Made by a program: the position numbers and the translations under genes. A stretch of DNA of 64,000 nucleotides from Patescibacteria group bacterium (GTDB taxonomy: Bacteria; Patescibacteriota; Patescibacteriia; Patescibacteriales; UBA12075), in the NCBI GenBank assembly GCA_018897195.1, contig JAHILH010000001.1, forward strand, positions 284,565 through 348,564, read 5' to 3'. Numbering within the stretch: position 1 is the first letter of the stretch; each line of letters begins with the position of its first letter. Positions 15,803 through 23,153 of the stretch are shown piece by piece. Under the pieces are notes generated by a model, which saw only the letters and a list, made by a program, of their open reading frames with translations, was not told the DNA's origin and made no database searches.

Positions 15803-16366
15803 ATGAAAATAAAAAAGAAAAAAGTTATTGGCATAGTCGGTGAACAAGCTGGCGGAAAAGGCGCAGCTTCTAATATTATTATCAAAAAATACGGCGGTTC
15901 AAGATTGACAACCTCCAATATCTTGCGTCGCACACTAGACAGTATCAATATTCCCGTTAGCCGTGAAAATCTAATCACCCTAGCCCTCCTAATTAAAAAA
16001 GGCTTTGGCAAAGATGTTTTAATGAAGGCCATGTTAAAAGAGGTAGAAAATGAAGATAGCAGCATTGTCATCGTCGACGGCATCCGCATGCCTGGCGATA
16101 CTGATCCATTTGTAGAAGAATACGGCGATGATTTTAAATTGATTTATGTAACCGCCGATCAAAAAATAAGATACGAAAGAAGCTTAAAGCGAGGTGAAAA
16201 AGCCGGCGAATCAGAAGCTAGTTTTGCTGAATTTATGGAAAAAGAAAATGCTGAAACCGAAAAATACATCGCTAAAGTAGGAAAAAAGGCTGATTTTAAG
16301 ATTGTAAACAATAAAGATCAGGATGAATTGGAAGAAAAAATTATCGCCGTAATGGAGAAAATATAG
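15803..16366 (+). CDS. P-loop NMP-kinase-fold protein, paralog 2 (variant P-loop GGKGA)
   Basis: Collinear with paralog 1 (VIGIVGEQAGGKGA, SRENL, VIVDGIRM, IRYERS). The P-loop Thr is replaced by Ala. Confidence 0.5.
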   Translation: MKIKKKKVIGIVGEQAGGKGAASNIIIKKYGGSRLTTSNILRRTLDSINIPVSRENLITLALLIKKGFGKDVLMKAMLKEVENEDSSIVIVDGIRMPGDTDPFVEEYGDDFKLIYVTADQKIRYERSLKRGEKAGESEASFAEFMEKENAETEKYIAKVGKKADFKIVNNKDQDELEEKIIAVMEKI

Positions 16367-16372
16367 TCTCTT

Positions 16373-16401
16373 TTGACAGAATCTTAAATTTTCGATAATA
16401 T
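16373..16401 (+). promoter_or_regulatory. Candidate promoter upstream of tmk-dut
   Basis: TTGACA-17 nt-TAATAT, followed at once by AGGAGG and a hairpin plus T-run (16411-16445). Confidence 0.5.
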
Positions 16402-16410
16402 AAACAATAG

Positions 16411-16445
16411 GAGGAGTGCTTTAAACAAGGCACTTCTTTTATTCT
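16411..16445 (+). terminator. Hairpin plus T-run between kinase paralog 2 and tmk-dut
   Basis: GAGTGC-TTTAAACAAG-GCACTT followed by CTTTTATT. A short stem, so moderate confidence. Confidence 0.45.
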
Positions 16446-16456
16446 ATTTTCAATAT

Positions 16457-16503
16457 ATTCGCAATTCGCGGATTAGCATTTATTAGCAGATTAGCATTAT
16501 ACA
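16457..16503 (+). promoter_or_regulatory. Conserved ATTNGCA heptad array (copy 2), ends 5 nt before the tmk-dut ATG
   Basis: ATTCGCAATTCGCGGATTAGCATTTATTAGCAGATTAGCATTATAC. Confidence 0.6.
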
Positions 16504-16508
16504 CGAAT

Positions 16509-17570
16509 ATGGAACCAAAAAAAGGAAAATTTATTGTTTTTTACGGGATTAATAACTTGGGTAAGACTACCCAGGCGAAGATTCTTGTTGACCGTTTGAA
16601 TAGCGTCGGAATTAAGACTGAGCATTTGAAGTACCCGATTTACGAGTTATCCCCTTCTGGAAAACTTTTGAATGCTTATTTGCGTGAAGGCAATCCGCAC
16701 AAACTTTCAGCTCGAGAGGCACAATTAATTTATGCTAGCAATCGAACTCAGTATGAAAAAAAATTAATAAACAAGTTAGAAAACGGAATTAACATAATTG
16801 CAGAAGATTACACTGGCACTGGTATTGCTTGGGGCATCGGCACGGGCGTTGATGAGGCTTTTTTGAAATATCTAAATTCTCACCTCCTCAAAGAAGACTT
16901 AGCTTTTTTATTTGATGGTCAACGCTTCATGGAAGCCAAGGAAAAAAGTCACAAGCACGAAAGCAATGATTTCCTCACCGACGAAGTTCGTTGGGCGCAT
17001 TTGAAATTAGGGCAAGAATATAATTGGACAAAGATTAATGCCAATCAAACTATCAACGAAATACATACGCAGATTTGGAACAAAGTTATTGATCTGATTC
17101 AACCTAGAATTAATGCCTCGACAAGCTCAGCACAAAACACAATGGAAAGTGTTTTGAAAGTTGCTCGCATGAACGAATGGGCGAAAATACCGACTCGCGG
17201 ACACGCCAGTGACGCCGGCCTTGATTTGTATTCAGTTGAGAATTATTCTATTTACCCGAATGAAATGACCACGGTCCACACTGGTATCAAAATGGCTATC
17301 CCCCAAGGCATGGCCGGATTAATCTGGGACAAGAGCGGTCTTGCTCACCAAGGTCTCAAAACCATGGGTGGTGTGATTGACTGCGACTACCGCGGGGAAA
17401 TAAAAATAATGGTGAAGAATTTAAGTGATGATATTATTAATATAACCAGAGGGCAAAAAATTGCTCAAATGCTCATTCAAAAAATCGAATACCCGAGAAT
17501 TTCGGAAGAGACAATCGAGGACAACACAGTTCGTGGCGCCAATGGGTTTGGTAGCACGGGAAACTTTTAA
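16509..17570 (+). CDS. Thymidylate-kinase-like domain fused to dUTPase
   Basis: The N-terminal ~200 aa carry a P-loop (FIVFYGINNLGKTTQ) and resemble Tmk. The C-terminal ~150 aa have all five dUTPase motifs: DAGLDLYS, DKSGLA, GVIDCDYRGEI, KIAQM, RGANGFGSTG. Confidence 0.8.
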   Translation: MEPKKGKFIVFYGINNLGKTTQAKILVDRLNSVGIKTEHLKYPIYELSPSGKLLNAYLREGNPHKLSAREAQLIYASNRTQYEKKLINKLENGINIIAEDYTGTGIAWGIGTGVDEAFLKYLNSHLLKEDLAFLFDGQRFMEAKEKSHKHESNDFLTDEVRWAHLKLGQEYNWTKINANQTINEIHTQIWNKVIDLIQPRINASTSSAQNTMESVLKVARMNEWAKIPTRGHASDAGLDLYSVENYSIYPNEMTTVHTGIKMAIPQGMAGLIWDKSGLAHQGLKTMGGVIDCDYRGEIKIMVKNLSDDIINITRGQKIAQMLIQKIEYPRISEETIEDNTVRGANGFGSTGNF

Positions 17571-17585
17571 ACAAGGGAGAGGGCG

Positions 17586-17861
17586 ATGAAAATAAGAATC
17601 AAGGGCGTCAGAAAATTAGTAATTCAATATTTTTTCAATGCAGTTTTCATGATGTTTTCCCTACTTGCTTTTCTTGTTTCTTTTTTCATGCCATTTTTTC
17701 GTTTATGTACCAGAGAAGTTCTGCCATCATCAGTTGAACAACTTGGATGGATACTATCGGCTTCATTATTCCTGGGAATTACCTGCTATCTCCTATACTT
17801 CGTTGGACCAAGTATTATGAATAAGATAAATACTACTTTAGAATATGCTGATCCGGCATAA
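17586..17861 (+). CDS. Small two-TM membrane protein (91 aa)
   Basis: RBS AAGGGAGAGGGCG immediately before the ATG, and two hydrophobic helices. Distant paralog of the next ORF. Confidence 0.5.
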   Translation: MKIRIKGVRKLVIQYFFNAVFMMFSLLAFLVSFFMPFFRLCTREVLPSSVEQLGWILSASLFLGITCYLLYFVGPSIMNKINTTLEYADPA

Positions 17862-17879
17862 CACAAAGGGAGATGGGCG

Positions 17880-18131
17880 ATGAAAAATTTACCAGAAATT
17901 ACCGAATTAAAGGTTCTATTTTTAACTTCAAAATTTCTTTCTTATTCTTTTTTTGTTATTCTCTTTATACCTCTTGCGATATTAACCAGAAAGCTGATCG
18001 ATCCAGGAGTGTCACTATCGCTTGATCAAAGAATAACATTAATTGAATTCTTCTGCTTTTCGGGATTTGTTTCATTTTTCCTAAACGAAGTGTCTAAAAT
18101 TATCAACAAACGAATACAAGCAAAAAATTAG
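17880..18131 (+). CDS. Small two-TM membrane protein (83 aa)
   Basis: Near-identical translation-initiation region (AAGGGAGATGGGCGATGAAAA) and the same topology as the previous ORF. A terminator follows at 18138-18177. Confidence 0.5.
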   Translation: MKNLPEITELKVLFLTSKFLSYSFFVILFIPLAILTRKLIDPGVSLSLDQRITLIEFFCFSGFVSFFLNEVSKIINKRIQAKN

Positions 18132-18137
18132 GACAAT

Positions 18138-18177
18138 AAACCGCCATATTACAATAAAAATAGGGCGGTTTTTTTCT
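18138..18177 (+). terminator. Intrinsic terminator ending the dNTP / small-protein operon
   Basis: AAACCGCC...GGGCGGTTTTTTT. Confidence 0.7.
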
Positions 18178-18244
18178 TGCTTTTTTTAGTATTTTCGGCT
18201 AATATAATGATATAAATAATTACAATTACACTGTTAAAAAACTA

Positions 18245-18301
18245 CCCCACCCCAGCCACTCCTCGCTCCCTCGGGACGCCCTTGTGGTGCAGGAGGGGGA
18301 G
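18245..18301. repeat. GC-rich repeat, family 2 (degenerate copy)
   Basis: CCCCACCCCAGCCACTCCTCGCTCCCTCGGGACGCCCTTGTGGTGCAGGAGGGGGAG, directly upstream of gatB. Its 3' GGAGGGGGAG doubles as the gatB Shine-Dalgarno. Confidence 0.6.
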
Positions 18302-18311
18302 AAATTAAAAT

Positions 18312-19829
18312 ATGCACACAAAATACGATGTCATAATCGGCCTAGAAATTCACGCCGAATTAAAAACTAAATCAAAAATGTTCTGTTCTTGTGATAACGA
18401 CGCTGATAATGCAGCGCCGAATCAGCACACCTGCCCTATTTGCATGGCTCATCCTGGCACCTTGCCAATTCCAAACAAACAAGCAATTGAATGGACTATT
18501 TTGACCGGCCTAGCTTTACATTCCAAGGTAAACAAACTGAGTAAATTTGACCGTAAAAATTATTTTTATCCTGATATTCCAAAAGGCTACCAAATCTCTC
18601 AATACGACTTGCCTTTTGTTTATGACGGTTATATGGATATTGATGGTGACAAGATTGCTATCACCAGAATTCATCTTGAAGAAGACACGGCTAAGAATAC
18701 GCATCCAGACAAAAAGGATTACACCTTGGTTGACTTTAATCGTGCCGGCACACCGCTAATGGAGCTGGTGACTGAACCAGTCATTAAAGACGCGGAACAG
18801 GCGAAGAAATTTTGTCAGAACTACCAAAGAATTTTACGCTACCTTGATATCTCTGACGCTGATATGGAAAAAGGTCACATGCGTTGCGAAGCGAACATTA
18901 GTGTGCAAGAAAAAGGCAAATGGGAATATAAGGGTGAATGCAAGATTGATGCGCTTGGTGATTACAAATTGAATCCAAAAGTTGAAGTCAAGAACATCAA
19001 CTCTTTTAAAGCACTCGAAAAAGCAATTAATTACGAAATCAAGAGACAGATTGCGGCGATTGATGATGGTGAGAAATTAGTACAAGAAACTCGTGGCTGG
19101 AATGAAAACACAAATGAAACTGTCAGCCAACGAAAAAAAGAAACATCTGCCGACTACCGCTATTTCCCAGAACCAGACATTCCCCCACTAAATATTTCTG
19201 ATGAAATGATTACGCGAATCAAGAAACATTTAATAGAAATGCCTCCTGAAAAGAAAAAACGCTTCATGGATGAATATAGCTTCACTGACGAAGTAGCTGA
19301 TCTTTTAGTTAGCGACAGACACTTGGCTAATTATACCGAGAACGTCATTTCCGAATTACGCGCCTGGATTGATGCCTCTGACGATGAATGGGAAAGACAA
19401 AAAACTAAGCTAGCTAAGGCTGCTTCCAACTGGTTGACCGGCGAACTTTTCAAACATCTCAAAGAAACTAGCCAAACGATTAAAGATATCAAAATAACCC
19501 CAGAAAATATGGCTGAATTGATTGCCCTTAGTTATCAAGACAAGATCAACTCCTCCGCCGGTCAGACTATTTTTGAAGTCATGTTCAAAAAAGGCGGCGA
19601 CCCGACTGATATTATGCAAGAACTAGGGCTCGAACAGCTAGATAATGACGAAGAATTAGAAAACTCAATCAAAGAAATAATTGCCAAGAATCCAGAACAA
19701 GCAACGGGATACAAAAACGGCAAAGAAAATCTCATTCAATTCTTTGTCGGCCAGACCATGGCTGCAACCAAGGGCAAGGCGAATCCGAAAAAGGTTTTGG
19801 AGATGTTGAAGAAATTACTTAGTGAATAA
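18312..19829 (+). CDS. gatB: Asp/Glu-tRNA(Asn/Gln) amidotransferase subunit B
   Basis: YDVIIGLEIHAELKTKSKMFCSC, RIHLEEDTAKN, DFNRAGTPLMELVTEP, and a C-terminal GatB/YqeY tail. Confidence 0.95.
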   Translation: MHTKYDVIIGLEIHAELKTKSKMFCSCDNDADNAAPNQHTCPICMAHPGTLPIPNKQAIEWTILTGLALHSKVNKLSKFDRKNYFYPDIPKGYQISQYDLPFVYDGYMDIDGDKIAITRIHLEEDTAKNTHPDKKDYTLVDFNRAGTPLMELVTEPVIKDAEQAKKFCQNYQRILRYLDISDADMEKGHMRCEANISVQEKGKWEYKGECKIDALGDYKLNPKVEVKNINSFKALEKAINYEIKRQIAAIDDGEKLVQETRGWNENTNETVSQRKKETSADYRYFPEPDIPPLNISDEMITRIKKHLIEMPPEKKKRFMDEYSFTDEVADLLVSDRHLANYTENVISELRAWIDASDDEWERQKTKLAKAASNWLTGELFKHLKETSQTIKDIKITPENMAELIALSYQDKINSSAGQTIFEVMFKKGGDPTDIMQELGLEQLDNDEELENSIKEIIAKNPEQATGYKNGKENLIQFFVGQTMAATKGKANPKKVLEMLKKLLSE

Positions 19830-19866
19830 AATTTAGGGATCATGCGCAATAGAATGGGTCTTGGTT

Positions 19867-20014
19867 CCCTCTCCTTTGCAGGAGAGTGTTAACGTAATCC
19901 TCGTCCGACCAATAATAAAGGGGGCAGGGTGAGGTAGAACGAGCGAAGAATATCAGATGTGTTATCTCAAATAATACCCCCTCACCCCAGCCCTCTCCCG
20001 GCGGGGCGAGGGAG
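19867..20014. repeat. GC-rich repeat, family 2 (two units flanking a ~60-bp spacer)
   Basis: CCCTCTCCTTTGCAGGAGAG...GGGCAGGGTGAGG ... CCCCCTCACCCCAGCCCTCTCCCGGCGGGGCGAGGGAG. The same units as at 6817-6913, in swapped order. Confidence 0.75.
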
Positions 20015-20066
20015 AATATAATGGCAATCTTTTTATTATGCTTATTTATATTTATCTTTTAAGCTC

Positions 20067-20107
20067 AAAAAAAAGACCGCTTCCAAGTAAAAACTGGAAG
20101 CGGTTTG
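20067..20107 (-). terminator. Intrinsic terminator after the CDP-alcohol transferase gene
   Basis: The reverse strand reads AAACCGCTTCCAG-TTTTTA-CTTGGAAGCGGTC followed by TTTTTTTT. Confidence 0.7.
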
Positions 20108-20111
20108 CTGT

Positions 20112-21083
20112 TTAGGCCACACGAAGACGGCCCAAGATTAGGAAGAAGGTAGTCATGGTAACCATACAGCCACTGAAGAAAATTGCATCATCAATGTTCA
20201 ATGAAAATGCTAAAACCATAAAAATAAATGAGGCAAAAAGAACAAATACACTTTTTGGAATTTTGACAAGAACTTTTTTCAAAGCCATGAAATTAATAAT
20301 CGGCACCCTAATCGATAGACCATCTATCAAGGCTACTGAAATAAGAATCGGCCAAAAAATAGCACTTGGTTGATTACGCGCTAGATAAATAGCGCAAAGA
20401 CTGCATAGCAATTTTGCCACTATTACAGAACGAACATACTTTGATTTTGGTATAATCTTCGTAATTGCAGAAACAAAGGCTAGTATAGCAACAACGCGAA
20501 ATAACTCGCCGGCAAAATTATGGACATTTTCATTATCCATCAAAATTGGCGCATAGATTATCAAGGCAAACGCCAAAACAGTTTTTACCTTTCCAAACAT
20601 ATTCGCCGCCGTTGACCAGCCCATGTATTTCTGAATATATCGCACCACGAATTGGCCAAGTAAATCTGAGCCCAAAAAAAGCACAACCCATAACATGTTA
20701 CAAGCTATTACGTCGATTTGCCAAAAATGAAACAATGGCCGAAAATACGACAACTTGTCACAAAACGGATCATACCATTTTCCAAATTCAGTTTCCAGAT
20801 CGCACGCTCTCGCCACCATACCATCGACGCCATCTAGATAAGCGGCAAATGTAAAAAGAAAAACGCCAGTTCGTTGACACTCATAATCTATAAAAATAGA
20901 ACTCGCAAGCCAAGCCAACAAAAGTCTGAATGTGCAAATACTATTTGGATGTAACCACCTCTGCCAGTTTGGATTATTTTTGATCAAATCTCGAAATTTT
21001 TCATCTTTTAGCTTTTCGCCAAACCGCAAAACAACAATTCCCCAAAACAGTATCGAATATACCACCCAATACGTTAATGTCAT
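20112..21083 (-). CDS. CDP-alcohol phosphatidyltransferase family membrane protein
   Basis: Exact DGx2ARx8Gx3Dx3D signature in DGMVARACDLETEFGKWYDPFCD. Polytopic, with an AGGAGGGG RBS. Substrate unknown. Confidence 0.8.
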   Translation of the reverse strand: MTLTYWVVYSILFWGIVVLRFGEKLKDEKFRDLIKNNPNWQRWLHPNSICTFRLLLAWLASSIFIDYECQRTGVFLFTFAAYLDGVDGMVARACDLETEFGKWYDPFCDKLSYFRPLFHFWQIDVIACNMLWVVLFLGSDLLGQFVVRYIQKYMGWSTAANMFGKVKTVLAFALIIYAPILMDNENVHNFAGELFRVVAILAFVSAITKIIPKSKYVRSVIVAKLLCSLCAIYLARNQPSAIFWPILISVALIDGLSIRVPIINFMALKKVLVKIPKSVFVLFASFIFMVLAFSLNIDDAIFFSGCMVTMTTFFLILGRLRVA

Positions 21084-21165
21084 AATCCCCTCCTATTATT
21101 TGAAAGAACAATTTTAATATTTATAGTAAATATTTCTACTATTTATATACACCAAAAAACAGCTC

Positions 21166-21194
21166 TTGTCAAAGTTAATTTTATTTGTTAATAT
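21166..21194 (+). promoter_or_regulatory. Candidate promoter for the tRNA-Lys/tRNA-Thr pair
   Basis: TTGTCA-17 nt-TAATAT, ~100 nt upstream of tRNA-Lys. Confidence 0.5.
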
Positions 21195-21300
21195 ATATCT
21201 ATATGAAGTGCCATATGTCTTGGCAGTTTTATTTTTGCTAATATTGGCATTTTTATTTTACCGTAAAAAATACTTTTTAGCAAAACATATCAACAATATG

Positions 21301-21373
21301 CGCCTATAGCTCAGCCGGTAGAGCAACAGCCTTTTAAGCTGATGGTCACAGGTTCAAATCCTGTTGGGCGCAC
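21301..21373 (+). tRNA. tRNA-Lys (anticodon UUU), no encoded CCA
   Basis: Manual cloverleaf: acceptor GCGCCTA/TGGGCGC, D arm GCTC..GAGC, anticodon loop CTTTTAA, T arm ACAGG-TTCAAAT-CCTGT. One A:A mismatch at 27:43. Confidence 0.85.
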
Positions 21374-21388
21374 ATATTTTATCAAAAT

Positions 21389-21462
21389 GCCACCTTAGCT
21401 CAGCTGGTTAGAGCGACTGTTTTGTAAACAGTAGGTCGTCGGTTCGAATCCGACAGGTGGCT
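21389..21462 (+). tRNA. tRNA-Thr (anticodon UGU), no encoded CCA
   Basis: Manual cloverleaf: acceptor GCCACCT/AGGTGGC, anticodon stem ACTGT/ACAGT with loop TTTGTAA, T arm GTCGG-TTCGAAT-CCGAC. Confidence 0.9.
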
Positions 21463-21477
21463 CAGACAAATACACGA

Positions 21478-21505
21478 AAATACCCTAAAATTGGGTATTT
21501 TTTTG
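21478..21505 (+). terminator. Intrinsic terminator after the tRNA pair
   Basis: AATACCC-TAAAAT-TGGGTATTTTTTT. Confidence 0.65.
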
Positions 21506-21540
21506 TACTTAAAATGTGGTCGAAATGTGGAAAAATATTC

Positions 21541-21569
21541 TTGATAAATTCCACCAACTAAGGTAATAT
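21541..21569 (+). promoter_or_regulatory. dnaB promoter, -10 box 6 nt from the ATG
   Basis: TTGATA-17 nt-TAATAT-AATCTT-ATG, with no Shine-Dalgarno. Confidence 0.55.
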
Positions 21570-21575
21570 AATCTT

Positions 21576-22961
21576 ATGACAAAACAAGACGACATCGAAA
21601 AAATCCCGCCTCAAAACATCGACGCGGAAATGTCCTTTATTAGCTCATTGCTAATAGACAAGGACGCCATGCTTAAAGTTTCTGACTCTATTTCTGATGA
21701 TGATTTTTACAAAGACGCCCATCGCATTATTTATACAGCCATGCTTGATCTTTACAACAAGCACGAGCCGATTGATATCGTCAGCGTTACCAACAAGCTT
21801 AAGGGCAAAAAACAACTCGACTCCATTGGTGGTCGCACTTACCTTGCCCACCTAACAAGCTTTGCCGCAACTCCGGCCAATATTCCCCACTACGCAGAAA
21901 TCATCCAAAAGAAAGCGACATTACGTCGTCTACTCAAAAGCGCCAACGAAATTAGCGCCATGGGCTACAACGAAGACGCTGACCTTGATGATATGCTTGA
22001 CCAGGCCGAAAGAAAACTTTTTGGCGTTTCGCAGAAATATTTAAAGAATGCTTTTGTTGGTGTTGACACCTTGCTTAATGATGCCTTTGACAGAATTGAC
22101 GAACTCCACAAACAAGGTGGCAAGCTCAGAGGTATCACCACTGGCTATCCAGACCTAGACAAACTCTTAACCGGTTTACAAAAATCCGATTTAATTATTC
22201 TCGCCGCTCGTCCATCTGTTGGTAAAACCACTATCGCTATGGATATCGCCCGTCAGGCGGCCATCGTTGGCAAAGCTGCTGTTGGCGTTTTCTCACTCGA
22301 AATGAGCAAAGAACAATTAGTTGACCGTATGCTTTGCGCTGAATCGAAGGTTAGCTTGTGGCGCATGCGCTCTGGCAACCTTTCCGACAAAGAAGGTGAC
22401 AATGATTTTGCCAAAATCAATGAAGGCATGGGTCGCCTGTCCGAAGCGAAAATATTTATTGACGACACTCCTAATTGCGGTATCATGGAAATTCGCAGTA
22501 AAGCCCGCCGCCTACAAATGGAAAAGGGATTAGATTTGATGATTATCGACTATTTACAATTAATGGAGGGTCGCGGTAAGAACTCCGACAATCGCGTTCA
22601 AGAAATTGCTGAAATATCCAGAGGTCTCAAAGGCATCGCCCGTGAACTTAATATTCCCGTTATTGCCCTGTCACAACTCTCTCGTGCCGTAGAAGCGACC
22701 AAACCAGCGATTCCTAAATTATCACACCTTAGAGATTCAGGATCGATTGAGCAAGACGCTGATATCGTTTTATTCATCTACCGTAAAGCCGCTGACAGAA
22801 ATTTCAGTATTGAAGAATTAACCCCAGAAGAACGCCACAAAGGCGAAATATTTATTGCCAAACACAGAAACGGCCCAACTGGAAAAGTTGACTTATTCTT
22901 TGATGAGGAATCAGTTAGTTATCGCAATATGGAGACAATCAGTCGTGATGGTATGTACTAA
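21576..22961 (+). CDS. dnaB: Replicative DNA helicase DnaB
   Basis: PPQNIDAEMSFISSLL, Walker A ARPSVGKTT, IIDYLQLM, LSQLSRAVE, HRNGPTG. Confidence 0.95.
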   Translation: MTKQDDIEKIPPQNIDAEMSFISSLLIDKDAMLKVSDSISDDDFYKDAHRIIYTAMLDLYNKHEPIDIVSVTNKLKGKKQLDSIGGRTYLAHLTSFAATPANIPHYAEIIQKKATLRRLLKSANEISAMGYNEDADLDDMLDQAERKLFGVSQKYLKNAFVGVDTLLNDAFDRIDELHKQGGKLRGITTGYPDLDKLLTGLQKSDLIILAARPSVGKTTIAMDIARQAAIVGKAAVGVFSLEMSKEQLVDRMLCAESKVSLWRMRSGNLSDKEGDNDFAKINEGMGRLSEAKIFIDDTPNCGIMEIRSKARRLQMEKGLDLMIIDYLQLMEGRGKNSDNRVQEIAEISRGLKGIARELNIPVIALSQLSRAVEATKPAIPKLSHLRDSGSIEQDADIVLFIYRKAADRNFSIEELTPEERHKGEIFIAKHRNGPTGKVDLFFDEESVSYRNMETISRDGMY

Positions 22962-22969
22962 TTCCATGC

Positions 22970-23131
22970 GTCATTCCCGCGAAGGCGGGAATCCAGGCGC
23001 CACAATGAAAATATTTTAAATTATAGAAACCTAATCTAATAAAGATTGTATACAAAATATTATTTTAATTAATCTACTATATCTAGAACCATTATTCGAG
23101 GTACCTGGATTCCCGCCTTCGCGGGAATGAC
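22970..23131 (+). mobile_element. REPIN/MITE-like element, copy C (162 bp, most diverged interior)
   Basis: GTCATTCCCGCGAAGGCGGGAATCCAGGCGCCACA...TTCGAGGTACCTGGATTCCCGCCTTCGCGGGAATGAC. Begins 8 nt after the dnaB stop. Confidence 0.8.
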
Positions 23132-23153
23132 GACTCGATGGATATTCAAACTT

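Noticed and set aside
21195-21300. ~100-nt leader before tRNA-Lys containing a 12-codon ORF (MKCHMSWQFYFC) and the palindrome TGCTAATATTGGCA
   Set aside because: The ORF has no RBS and is too short to support. The palindrome is AT-rich and could arise by chance. The region is probably just precursor leader sequence.
21511-21529. Direct repeat AAATGTGG x2 upstream of dnaB, checked as DnaA boxes or oriC
   Set aside because: The best match to TGTGGATAA is 8 of 9, the other 6 of 9. There is no cluster of boxes, no AT-rich unwinding element pattern and no dnaA nearby.
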